NCBI RefSeq assembly: GCF_000143415.4
Contig: NW_003314377.1
Span: 1 to 64,000 of the forward strand
DNA length: 64,000 nucleotides
DNA from: Selaginella moellendorffii
Taxonomy: Eukaryota > Plantae > Lycopodiophyta
Direction of reading: 5' to 3'
Position 1 is the first letter of the stretch. Each line of letters starts with the position of its first letter. Below, piece after piece: positions 11,988-24,025 of the stretch. Below the pieces are notes generated by a model. It was not told the origin of the DNA and ran no database searches. It saw only the letters and a list, made by a program, of their open reading frames with translations. A program made the position numbers and the translations under genes.

Positions 11988-14900
11988 TGTCGCGAATGTG
12001 ACTTCAGGTATCGAAAGTTACTTGTCGGCTAGTCCTTACGGACACTCTTACCTTACTGCCACGATGGCAGGAGGTCGGTATTGCTGGACCCTTTATTAGT
12101 CCCTCTTGTTCAAGTGTTAGTAAACTGGACTTTGCATCTGTACTTGGCCGGATGAGCATAAGGAAGGAATTCCTAAGTGTCTATTTAGCTGAGCATACTT
12201 GGCCCGGCTTGTTAGTTCTCTTTTGCTCTGTCTTGCACTGGCTTGACAAGAACCCTCGCGTATTGAGATTGGTCCCTCAATATCGCTACATGATAGCTTA
12301 CCGTGTCTGCCAAACACCCTCGCTATCATGCCCTTTGTGTTAGTCTCAATTCGTCCCAGATGCTATTTATGGAAAGTGTCCAGATTTGCTCATTTGGCAT
12401 ATCTACGGAATGTAGAGATTGTCTTGAACACAATGGTGTTCGTCCCGTGTCCAAATTCGCAATCTAAGGACATTCCATATTTAGTAAATTTTGAGCTTGT
12501 CCCAGAGACTAACTCCTGATACTAAGGGAGGCTTGGGGTGAAAGCCCAAAGCGTGTGTTCCTCAAAGGGGGGGGGGGGGGGGGGGGGGCTATGGGGGGTT
12601 CCAAATGTATAGTAGGGATAGTGGGTAGGTTGGGCATGGCCGACCAACCTGAGGCATAGTCTAGCTCCTGCTTGCGTGCCTGTCCTTGTTCTGCGTCCGG
12701 CTTGGGTCTAAGCCCAAGTTCCATTCCATGCTAGCTGGTGGAGTACCCATATCCTCACGTTAGGCCACCGGTATGCCAAAATAGCGCCAGACTCTGTTTG
12801 GCTCCGTTTTGCATGCTGGTCCTGGCATTGGGAAGCTGGTTGCTCCAGGACTGTTCCAAGTCGCTTCGGGCTCCTGTCCCTTCGCTCCTTGGGCTATATG
12901 CTCAAGAGTTGTTCCGTGGTCCGGTTCCATCACTCCTTGGCATCACGCTTGGGAGTTTGGCACCGTTCGTTCGTTCAGTGGCCCAAGGCCCTGAACCTCG
13001 GGTTCCTATGGACACGTGGCATGTGACACGTGGCATCTGTCACGTGGCACAAAGAGGGTTTAGGTTCCGCTTCGTGGTGTTATCCTATGGTAAATCACCA
13101 TAGGATAAAGGGTCAAAACCACGTGCGCTACATTTGGTATCAGAGAATGAGTCTCAGCGAGTACTATTCAATGAGATTGGGCAACTAGTCTCATTGCATA
13201 CGCAAAGATGAAAACGATGATCCGAGTGGGTACACATTTTGGTGCAAAGACTTCGCAATCGTTCCTTGGGATAGGTTTTGGTTACCTTTTTGTTCTATAT
13301 TATGTGAGCTTGCTCTTGGGCTCATAGGGTGGACTGAGTTGTTCTGTTACACGAGTTTGCGCTTGGGCTCGTGAGTGAGGCATATTAGCAACCCGAGGTT
13401 ACACTTTGAGTTGGCAGGATTAATGTTAGCCTATCGGTAGTTCCATGAGTTGTTCCGTGTACCGTGGGTGAAAGTAAACTTTCCCTGAGTTTGCTATGAG
13501 TGGCAAATAGGCTGGTCCGTAGCTGTTTAGCACGGCACTAGTGGATCCTTCCTAGGCATGATTATAAGTGGATCAATCAAGACTATAGGGATTAATCTAT
13601 TGGTTCAAGTAATCATGGCCGTGCTCTCTCATAAACTTTTCTTGGATTGAACTAAAGGCAGTGCGAAAGCAAGCTTGAGGTTTGGTCAAAGATGAGACCG
13701 AAAAGAGAGTCATCGAGGACGAAGGATCAAACACGTAAATCATCTTCTCTTCTTGGAGAGATGATTTGCAACAAGGTGTGACTCATTGCTCATATTCACA
13801 TTATGCAATCAAGAGTCCCTATCTTGATGCATGTTGGAGATGGTGGTCTTACAATGGTGAGTTATGGGATGGATAGCGGTGAAGCACTAATCCATTTTGT
13901 CTAGGCTTGCTATTAGAAGATTTGGGTTGCAATGCTCAATTCTTTTCCGGGGAACCTTACTATTGCTCCTTGAGTAACTTGGTGTTGGATTAGTTTTGAG
14001 TTTGGTCAGAAAGAGTGTGGCATGAGCTTATCTGTGTGGTGAACAAAAGTTGGTGGTATTTGGTGTTATAAATCTCTATCAGTGGAGTGTGGCATTTATG
14101 TTACATTTTATTGAATTGAGTTGACACTTGATATTTACGTAAACCTTTGTAGTAGTGACATGGGTGATGCTCGTAGTGTTGCTCGATTGATGATCAAGTC
14201 ATTGTGATTAATATCATATCCATGTGATTGTGAGCAATGTGTTTACGAGGTTGCTTGGTTAAACGATGATCAACCCCAAAGTGGTTGATAGAGAAGCTAG
14301 TCTAATTGCACGAAGTAGCATTGTAGTAGCTTTGATTGGATTCTCGATGGTGGTTCATTATGCTAAGCTTAAGTTGGTACCTTGTTTCCTTGAGGGTTTG
14401 CCCATAAGGTGTTGGGAATGGGTTGTAGCATTCATTTGTTATAGCTCATCTGGTGGATCCGTTAATGCTTGGAGTAAATTGTTGGATGGAGAAGATGTGT
14501 AGTTGAAGCATTGACATTGCTAACACTTGTGTTAGTGGAAGTGGCATTGTTATTTCAAGTGATGAGGATTTTCCTTAGAGCTTGATTTTCCATGTCATTT
14601 TTCTTGTTAGTGTTTTAGTTTCACATTGGATCTTGAAGGTGGTTGAAGAAGAGTGTTAGTGCAATATGGATATTCGAAAATGTGGTCTTCGTGATCAAGC
14701 CTTGGATGTTCCATTTGCATTTTATGGATGTCGGAGTTGGATGTCGAAAGTATGGGCAAAAAGATGTTCGAGGCTTAAGCATACTATGGATCATGAGAAT
14801 TTGTGTTGAGGTGAACCTATGTGAAGTTGTTAGTAGGAGGAAGTTGGTTGAGTCTTCAAAGTTTGCATTCCTGGACTGAGAGTCATTCTTTCTCTAGGAT

Positions 14901-17900
14901 GGAAAATTTTCCACAAATTTGCTTAGGCTTTTCCAATGGCTGATTTATCAGTCACTTTGCTCGAAAACCATTCCGTTTTCGTAAGCTAGTATAAACTAGT
15001 GAAGAGGTTGGAGTTGACTTTGGGTGGCTTGAACCTTAGTAAATAGTTTGTATGATGCGGCCTGAAAGGGATGCTAACTTTTGGGGCTAAGGCAATTGAG
15101 TTGGATAGAATCTGGAGTTGGTGTAGAAAAGTGGCCGTTGCGCTTTTCTAAGAAGGGTGACCCTTGTGCCTTTCTTTTGTAGCATTATGCTTGGTGGCAG
15201 GTTGCACCTTGCATTTCACTAAGACTCTATGAGAGTAATGAGCTCTCACTGATCTTGACTTAGTCTTGGTAGCCTTGCGCCTTGGCTGAGGATGGTGATG
15301 TCCAATTTAGTTGTTTGAGGTTGAGATGTTGGTACCCGTACTATAGCTTTGTCTATGAGGAGGTTGTGTACCAATATGAGTCCATCTCATGGTCTTCACT
15401 TTAGTTTCAACTGAGTGTTAATCATGCATAGCTAGCCTCTTCAAGGCATGCTCAGAGCTTAGTGGCTAAATGTTTTAGTGAGTTTATTGCGGTTGAGTTG
15501 GATTCGAGTGGTCATTTAGTTTGTGCTTGTCTATGAACTCTTATCTCGTACCTGGGGTATTATGTTCATGTTGGACAAGTATATAACTTGATGACAAGAG
15601 TTGGTGTTTAGGTCTTGTGAAGGCAAGTTGAGGAGTGAGTATTAGTTGCTTTATGACTAGTGATTGCTTGTTGACTTCGTCAAGGACTGTTGACACTTGC
15701 TTTGCTCGATGATGATTCAGCAGTGATGGGCTTGCTTTATCGAATGGTGTTGTGGAGGATCGTGTCATTAAACTTATAATGAGTTTTTCATGTTGATATA
15801 TCGACTCTACCTCTGTCGATATCATTGGGTTACATCTAGTCCGTAGTGTTGGATTTCATTGAGTCTTGGACGTGGTGATTCACTCCTTGATGATGTGTTA
15901 TCTGAAACTGAGTTTTGCTGAAGGATTGGTCTCGGATACTAAGTATAGTATCTTCGACTTTGGTTAGCTTGGTTGCTGGAAAGCTCCGAGTGGTGATTCA
16001 CTCGTGCTTTCTTCTAGCTTTAGTTTGGTGTTGATGGCATTGAAGTGATGCCCTGTCGTTGACATTGTTGGTATTGAGATTCAAGTGAAATGAGATGTCT
16101 CTCTGTAGGATTGATATTGAGTTTCATTAGTTCTGATAAAAATAGTGTTGATGATTTGGCTTTAGCTTTGTGTTGTTGGCATTCATGCATTTGCTAGTTA
16201 GCAACTGTGTTGACGTTCAAATGAACTGAGTGGCAAGTTGAGTTAGTTGTGTTCTCAATGAGTTTGTTTAGTAAGGGTTGAGCTTTAAGCTTGTCCTTGA
16301 AAAGTGATTCAGTCATGGACTATGCTAACTCTACAAGCGAAAGAGTTAGTGATCAATATTGGAAAATTTGAATCCTTATTGGGTTTGAATTGAAATATAT
16401 TGATCATTGATGATTCCCCTTGTGCTTGTTACGATGTGAGCTACGTCTTGCTATAGATGGATTCATGGAGGATCGATTAGATGATCACTTGTTGAGCATA
16501 ACTTCGTTATGCTTGGCTTTTGGATTGATGCAGACATGCTCTTCATTAGCTTTCGCATTATGAAGTTTAGCTTATGGATGTATTGAAGGGGATATTGTGG
16601 TTCTACCATGATTTCTTCTTTAGCATTGAAGTTAGTTCGTGCGAGACTTGTGATCATTGTTAGGCAAGACTTGGCTATGGGCTTCTTCAAACTTTTGGTC
16701 CTTTGAGTTTATTATGCTCATTGTTCCATTTGTTAGAAGTTGTTGGGGGGGAAGGCATTTTTGGCTCTTTAGCTTCGATGTACAAGTTAGTATTTGCATG
16801 TAGCAATCATTGGTGATGATTGACTATCATCTAGGAAAGTTGATTATCCTTGTCGAAGGTTTTGCTTGATTATCGTTGATCTAAAAAGATTTGCCATTGT
16901 TCCAAATGGTGGATTCTTTCTTCAATGACGATTATGCATCTCTTTATTGATGGGATGATTGATGATCTTTCATGATGGTTAGTTGTTCTCTTTGATGGCT
17001 TATGGCTTTTTACAATACCACATGTTCTTTGTGGTTTGCTCTGGATTGGTCTCTTGAGTTTGAGACATCAGTAGGATGTTGCTAACACTTGCTTGAGCAA
17101 CTCTGGTTCCTTGGTATTGTTGATTGAGATCTATTCAGATTTGCTAGTGCAATAGTTGATATGAACAAGTGTTTGTTTGCTTTGCAACATTCATTTTGAT
17201 TTGTTGATTATTGCTCGAGTTAGTTCTGATAAGATTCGGATGTTATGACCTTCGGGTGCAACATTCGCAAGCATTGTGCTTGTTACTCAATAATACTTTG
17301 TGTTCTTTGAGTTGTGTTTTGTGAGTTGTTTGGCATACTATCTGCCATTTTCGATAGTTAAGTTTCATCATTGAGTTTCCTTGATGATCTACTTGCTATT
17401 GAATTTTGTTGGATGGTGATTCCTATGTTTACCAATTATGATGATCTTGGTGGTTCCTATCTACAATACTACTAGTTTATCGGATGATAACTTGCTTAGA
17501 ATACTTTTGTGTTCTACTTTAAGATATAATCACTAGTAATTAAGCTTCTCAGATATCATTGTCTCTGACTTTGATATTGTCCATCCATTAATCTTTGAGT
17601 TTGGGCCAGTATAGGCAGACTGGCTTCGGCACTTCATGTGCATGTTGAAATCTCTAGTCATGGGGTAGCTACTGTCGACTGGTCACATAACCTGCCTCTC
17701 TGTCGATGTTCCTTATTCCGTTGAAAGGGCGTGACCGTGTAAACAACTCTAAACTGCCTGTTTACAGTAGTCTATCTAAACCTTACCGACGGGTTTGGTT
17801 TCTTTGCTTAGGAGGGTTGGGGCCTCTGGCTTCTCTCTCTATGTTCCTGCGGGCAGGGGCATATCACACTTTTGTAGCTGGGTGACCCCAGAGCAGCAAG

Positions 17901-19256
17901 GGTGGCTGACTTCGTTGGTCATTTCTTTGTCGGCGACGGCCGGAAGGTGTCTAAGCTGGTAGCGCATCCGCGTTAGACAAAGAGGTTGTCCCCTAACTCA
18001 TTTAAGTTGATGCATTTCTCACATAGTGTGAGTACCATGAACTTTTTCTGGAGTTGTTTCCTTGGCGGTATTCTAGACTCGAGTATGCATCGACGAGGAC
18101 GTCGATCTTCCCAAGGGGGGGAGAGTGTCGCGAATGTGACTTCAGGTATCGAAAGTTACCTGTCGGCTAGTCCTTACGGACACTCTTACCTTACTGCCAC
18201 GATGGCAGGAGGTCGGTATTGCTGGACCCTTTATTAGTCCCTCTTGTTCAAGTGTTAGTAAACTGGACTTTGCATCTGTACTTGGCCGGATGAGCATAAG
18301 GAAGGAATTCCTAAGTGTCTATTTAGCTGAGTATACTTGGCCCGGCTTGTTAGTTCTCTTTTGCTCTGTCTTGCACTGGCTTGACAAGAACCCTCGCGTA
18401 TTGAGATTGGTCCCTCAATATCGCTACATGATAGCTTACCGTGTCTGCCAAACACCCTCGCTATCATGCCCTTTGTGTTAGTCTCAATTCGTCCCAGATG
18501 CTATTTATGGAAAGTGTCCAAATTTGCTCATTTGGCATATCTACGGAATGTAGAGATCGTCTTGAACACAATGGTGTTCATCCCGTGTCCAAATTCACAA
18601 TCTAAGGACATTGCATATTTAGTAAGTTTTGAGCTTGTCCCAGAGACTAACTCCTGATACTAAGGGAGGCTTGGGGTGAAAGCCCAAAACGTGTGTTCCT
18701 CAAGGGGGGGGGGCTATGGGGGGTTCCAAATGTATAGTAGGGATAGTGGGTAGGTCGGGCATGGCCGACCAACCTGAGGCATAGTCTAGCTCCCGCTTGC
18801 GTGCCTGTCCTTGTTCTGCGTCCGGCTTGGGTCTAAGCCCAAGTTCCATTCCATGCTAGCTGGTGGAGTACCCATATCCTCACGTTAGGCCACCGGTATG
18901 CCAAAATAGCGCCAGACTCTGTTTGGCTCCGTTTTGCGTGCTGGTCCTGGCATTGGGAAGCTGGTTGCTCCAGGACTGTTCCAAGTCGCTTCGGGCTCCT
19001 GTCCCTTCGCTCCTTGGGCTATATGCTCAAAAGTTGTTCCGTGGTCCGGTTCCATCACTCCTTGGCGTCACGCTTGGGAGTTTGGCACCGTTCGTTCGTT
19101 CAGTGGCCCAAGGCCCTGAACCTCGGGTTCCTATGGACACGTGGCATGGACACATGGCATCTGTCACGTGGCACAAAGAGGGTTTAGGTTCCGCTTCGTG
19201 GTGTTATCCTATGGTAAATCACCATAGGATAAAGGGTCAAAACCACGTGCGCTACA
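11988..19256 (+). mobile_element. Full-length non-autonomous LTR retrotransposon (LARD-like, family B)
   Basis: LTRs 11988-13132 and 18126-19256 (TGTCGCG...GCTACA) are near-identical. TSD GTGTC at 11983-11987 and 19257-19261, PBS TGGTATCAGAG (tRNA-iMet) at 13135-13145, PPT AAGGGGGGGAGAG at 18113-18125. The ~5-kb interior has no long ORF. The homologous empty site is visible at ~59945-59970. Confidence 0.95.
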
Positions 19257-21220
19257 GTGTCCTTCCCACTTGGTCACCTTGACCAAGCCACACTATTATC
19301 AATAGTTCAAATCAACAATTTAAATTAGGAATCATGTTCCTTAACCCAAACAAAGACCTTGTCCTTGTTTAGCCACAAGATCACTTAGTGATCTCATCTT
19401 GACCCCTTAACAAGTTTGCCAATAGAAACTAGGTCTTCCAGACTCTTTTAAATTGTTGACTATGACCCCCACACTTGGCGGTGCGCCCAAGCCAGCCCTT
19501 CCGGCTAAGGATTCATAGCAACTGAGATTGGGTGTCCCCATCTCATTCATCACATCCTTGGTGCTCTTTGCACCAAAGTGTTCAAGTTAGATATGTCAAG
19601 TTTTCACTTTAAGCAATCTAAGCGTGCATCACAACTCCGGGGCATCTCCGGCTTAGCAGTGTGCCCAAGCCAGGCTCTTCACTGAGAGTCCATGACCACT
19701 GAAATATGAGTGTCCTCATATTCCAAACCATCACCACACCCTAGTGATTTGGGACTCAAACCCAAGCATTAAAGAGTTGGGACTCGAATCTAACTTCCGT
19801 ATATGCATCTACTCTAGATTCCTAGCGTGACTCCTTACGCCAGTGCACCAATTTATATTTAAAGCACACTATCTATCATAGTTTAGGAACCTAATCCCTC
19901 CAAATTGCCAAGTCCTCTCACTTGACAAGTTTATGATCATGCATGGATTCCTGCATGCTTGGCCCATGGGCCACCCCTTTTGAAATTAGCACCTTCAACT
20001 AGGGGATTTCTTCCCCTAACTTGCCACTCTCACTTAGCAAGTCATCTGACTAATATAACATGGTTTCATGCATAAACATGAAAGTCCTTGACTATTGACT
20101 TTCGTTCAAAGTCATCCCTTTGAACACTCGGGAACTACTTCCCCAACTTTGATAGCATTGTTTTATGGCAAACTTCAAGACTATGTTTCTGCTATGCCAC
20201 TTTGATTTCACGCATTTTATAAACCATTTACACTTGGCTTTTTAGGTACTACGCTATCTAAAATTGTCTTTGGGAACCTTGAAGGAACTCTGTCCCTTAG
20301 CTTGTTAAGGCCTCTCATTTCGCAAGCTTTCTAATTGCCATATGGTCTAACATGGACAATTCCATGCCTTAGACTCTCCATGGCACCACAGTTGCTAAAA
20401 ACAATATGCTCAAGTGCCCACTTGATTCTCCACTCCCAACTGATATAACCACCTTTAGTTATACTCTTCGATTCCTATGGTTTGGTTCTATCCCCTTATT
20501 ATTTGCTTTTAGCCTCACACATTTCCTTTGGTTATTCGTCTCCAAACTAGAAGGATAGCTTTGCACTTTTTACCATGCCTTAGCAAGTATTTTTAAGGAT
20601 GAACCTACCCGATAGCCTATGGAGTGGTTCCTCAATTTGGGTATGCTCACTTTATAATCTCACACACTAGGATTAACATTGCTATATATGAGCCTTTTTA
20701 TACCCATCACTACTCTTGCCAATTCCATTTTTGGCTTTGTCCAATTTGGGTAGATGGACTTCTCCTGTTTCCACAACCTTGGATGTTTGGATAGCACCTT
20801 TTATCTATCATTCACTAGAGACTTAGTACCTTGGGCCTTATCTATTGCCCTTGCAACATCAAACACCACCTCTTGGTGTTCTAGAGTGTTTGGGTGTCCT
20901 AATGATGGCCTTCTTTGACAATGAGCATTCCCTTTACGACATTGACTTACTATATCGCAATTTAAGCAATTTATCCCCCTTAAGGGTACATCTATCTTCC
21001 TTATTCCAATAAAAAGTCTTCAATAGTTACCTTCTACCAATTTAATCAATTATTATTTTACACCTTTTGCTTAGTTGCCTTATAATGGTCAAGTCCTACA
21101 ACTCATTGCTGGTGCTTCTCATTATCTAGGTCACCACACTCCAACCACATGCCTTCCATCTTAGGCTATGCCATTGCCATTTCCATTAGGATTCATTTGG
21201 GAAGGGGTTCTCATAAACCC

Positions 21221-23015
21221 GACTAATTTTTCCATTCTACTTTAGCCACATAACCATACCTCCGACCACTTGGAGAAGTCTCACTCACAACCTCCATAAG
21301 TTCTATTCTGGACTTGGGGCTTGCTATCCCCGAGAATGGCATCCATGCCACTCAACCTTTGTACTTGGTCCAAGTGCTCCACGTGTTCGATCCCATGACT
21401 AACACCCCAAGGTACCACTGACCTATCGGCCCGTTACGCTAAGGCCCTAGCCATTCACCTTGGCCACACTAGTGGTCCAACACCACCTACCTCACAGTCA
21501 TGTCTCTCAAAGACTGAGCCATCTGTCTAGGAGTGATCATCCCAGATTAACATCCTTAGGATGCCCACAGACATGGGGAATAGCCTTCCCCAATATCCTT
21601 TTTTTGATGCTCACCAAGTCCCTTTTTGTCTATGGCCGTGTTCGCCAATACTGCCGCTAGATCATGGCCCATTGGCCCAACCACTAAGCCCTCTTGTTCT
21701 CTAGACTTCCTTGTCATGTGACTGCATCTTTTGTCACTACAATAGAGGATTACTCCTCTTCCTTTCCACCATCTGGGACTCTAGAACAACATTTCAGAAC
21801 ACCGTGGCCCTACGCGAGCCTCATAAATATTCTCCCCACCTTCCTTCTTTGGGTGCTCTAGCCATGGGCTTAGAGCAAGGTTCCATTGAGCCACGCTAGG
21901 TATCTAAGTAGGTAGTGCCACCCACACTTGGACTAGGAGCATTAGCCATTCAATCTCCCGGGGGAACTAGAGTTGGTTCTTGAACACTTCACCAAGCTAT
22001 CCTGCTTGTTAGTCCGTATTCACTCTAGCCTTGGACTTCCTAGTGGTTATCCCATCACCCAACACCTGGGTACAACCTATTAGCAACCAAAGAGAACAAC
22101 TCAAGAGATGGTCTATAGGGTTCAAATATAGAGGGAAAGGGCCCACAGATAAAAGTGCACCCTTTTCTAATTAGTTAATGGTCTTGGGATATTTAAGCGT
22201 TCTTGGGTTTGAATAATACTGGGTTGGGTGACCTCCCAAAAAGTCCAAATTCAGGAACTTACATAGCCTTCTTGAGCCAAATTAACCTTTCCTGGCCAAA
22301 CTGGCTCGACTGGAGTCCTCTCCCTACTATACTTTCGGAGCTCACCAAACCCCCTAGGGTCTGGGAGACGAACACTTTGGGCTCTCACCCTTAGGCTCGG
22401 ACTCGGGCTCAAACTCAAATTCGGACTCGGTCATAGTCTCAGTCTTGGTCTCGGTCCTAATCTCGGTCTCGACCTTGGACTCCATCTCAGGTCCTTCTTG
22501 GACTCCATCTTTGGATTCCATTTTGGACTCTATCTTGGACTCCATCTTTGGATTCTATCTCGGACTCTATCTCGGTCCATCTTGGACTCCATCTCAGGTC
22601 CATCTCGAACTCCATCTCGGTCCATCTCAAGTCCATCTCAGACTCCATCTCGGACTCCATCTCGGTCCATCTCAAGTCCATCTCAGACTCCATCTCGGTC
22701 CATCTTAGACTCCATCTCGGTCCATTTCAGACTCCATCTCGGGTCCATCTCGGGTCCATCTCGGACTCTATCTGGGTCCATCTCAGACTCCATCTCGGTC
22801 CATCTTAGACTCCATCTTGAGTCCATTTCGGACTCCATCTCGGACTTCATCTTGGGTCCATCTCGGACTCCATCTCAATCTTTGAGCACTCCGTTGGGAG
22901 TTCCACTCCCGCTCTCGACCTTTCAAGTCAGAGCTTTTAGTCTGAACGTGTTACGCTTGTTTGGCTTTCACTTCGGCCACTACCATGTGGCACCCTTTCG
23001 GCTCCACTTTGGGGC
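21221..23015 (-). repeat. Family A LTR, both ends truncated
   Basis: Aligns with 9327-11023 and 44038-45894. Contains the 12-mer array at ~22480-22880. Confidence 0.85.
22078..22263 (+). mobile_element. Solo 5S-rRNA-promoter-bearing LTR (Cassandra-like) inserted in a family A LTR
   Basis: Homologous to 43240-43433 and 54677-54858. Contains TTAAGCGTTCTTGGG...TAATACTGGGTTGGGTGACCTCCCAAAAAGTCC. The flanks CAACC and TAGCC are each one mismatch from the single CAGCC at the empty site of the 9327-11023 family A LTR. Confidence 0.8.
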
Positions 23016-24025
23016 AAATGAGAACATCTAATTTAATTAGTGTTTTGATTGGATGATTCCCATCTTTGCTCCATTTTTTCTTCATGGATTTCAAAGCCTT
23101 TTGACACATCTCTACTCACTTTTATGTCTATTAAATTAAGCTTCTTTTTGTGAGTTTTAAATAAGAGTGATGCTAATGCAAACTTCATCAACCATAAGCT
23201 TACACTGTCTCATTGTATTTTCTTTTACTAGCAAAACATCTATCTTATATTGAAGTGGTGGACGGTTAACAAATCTTCTTTGAACTCATCACACACAATA
23301 TTGAGGTAATGTAGATGATAACATTAAAGACTTGTTAAGCTTTATTTCGTTAAAGTGGGATTTATTCAGTAAAATGGGACTAGGTACAAATTTTCAAGTA
23401 TTTGAAAATGACGTGAAATTATATGTTTTTTGTCCAGGGGCTAGACATATCTGGGGCATGGTGACTAGCGCGGTGACTTTGTGTCCAGACTGAGTCCATC
23501 TGGTTGTATAAAAAATCTCATTGTCAAGGTGAACAAGCCGAATCTGAAGCTAAAGAAGAGCGATGGCATGCGCGCACACACTATTTGTTTGTTCATTGAG
23601 CGTGTGGTGAGCTTTCCAAGATGAACGTCATTCCTATTAGCCAGACATATAACTTAATGGTGAGAACATTTAGATATTATTCAATGTTATCTTTTTCTAA
23701 CGAATCTAATTGTGAAGGTGTAGCAAGAGGCATTGCTAGTCTGGAGAAGTCATTTAACTCATTTGACCCTTAGTGTATTTTCATGAAACTAAATAACATT
23801 CATATTATTAAGGAATTTCTCTAGTACCTTTTTTTTACGACATAGAGGCTTGCATTTCTTTCAAAGGTGATTTAGTAAAAGGCCTGAGGGCACATGCCAT
23901 TCTATTTCTCAGACCGGTATTAAGATATACTAGTGCAAAGGGCCACATGCCATCACGCCTCCTCTGATTCAGATTCGGATTGTTCACCTTGAAATAAAAT
24001 ACATTAGAAACTTAGTAAAGGAATA

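Larger units (their letters stand above)
9327..23015 (-). mobile_element. Family A LTR retroelement with decayed internal region, interrupted by family B and a 5S-LTR
   Basis: 3' LTR 9327-11023 is adjacent to a PPT-like tract (minus strand GGGTGGTGGAG). The second LTR (21221-23015) is truncated. The internal region (11024-11987 plus 19257-21220) is collinear with 59740-61840 and has no long ORF. Confidence 0.75.

Noticed and set aside
12117-13103. ORFs duplicated at 12117-13103 and 18255-19282, and at 46799 and 53290
   Set aside because: They are duplicated only because they lie in paired LTRs and show no coding signature.
23020-23560. Terminal inverted repeat for the transposase element
   Set aside because: No matching inverted sequence or TSD was found by eye on the 27100-27500 side.
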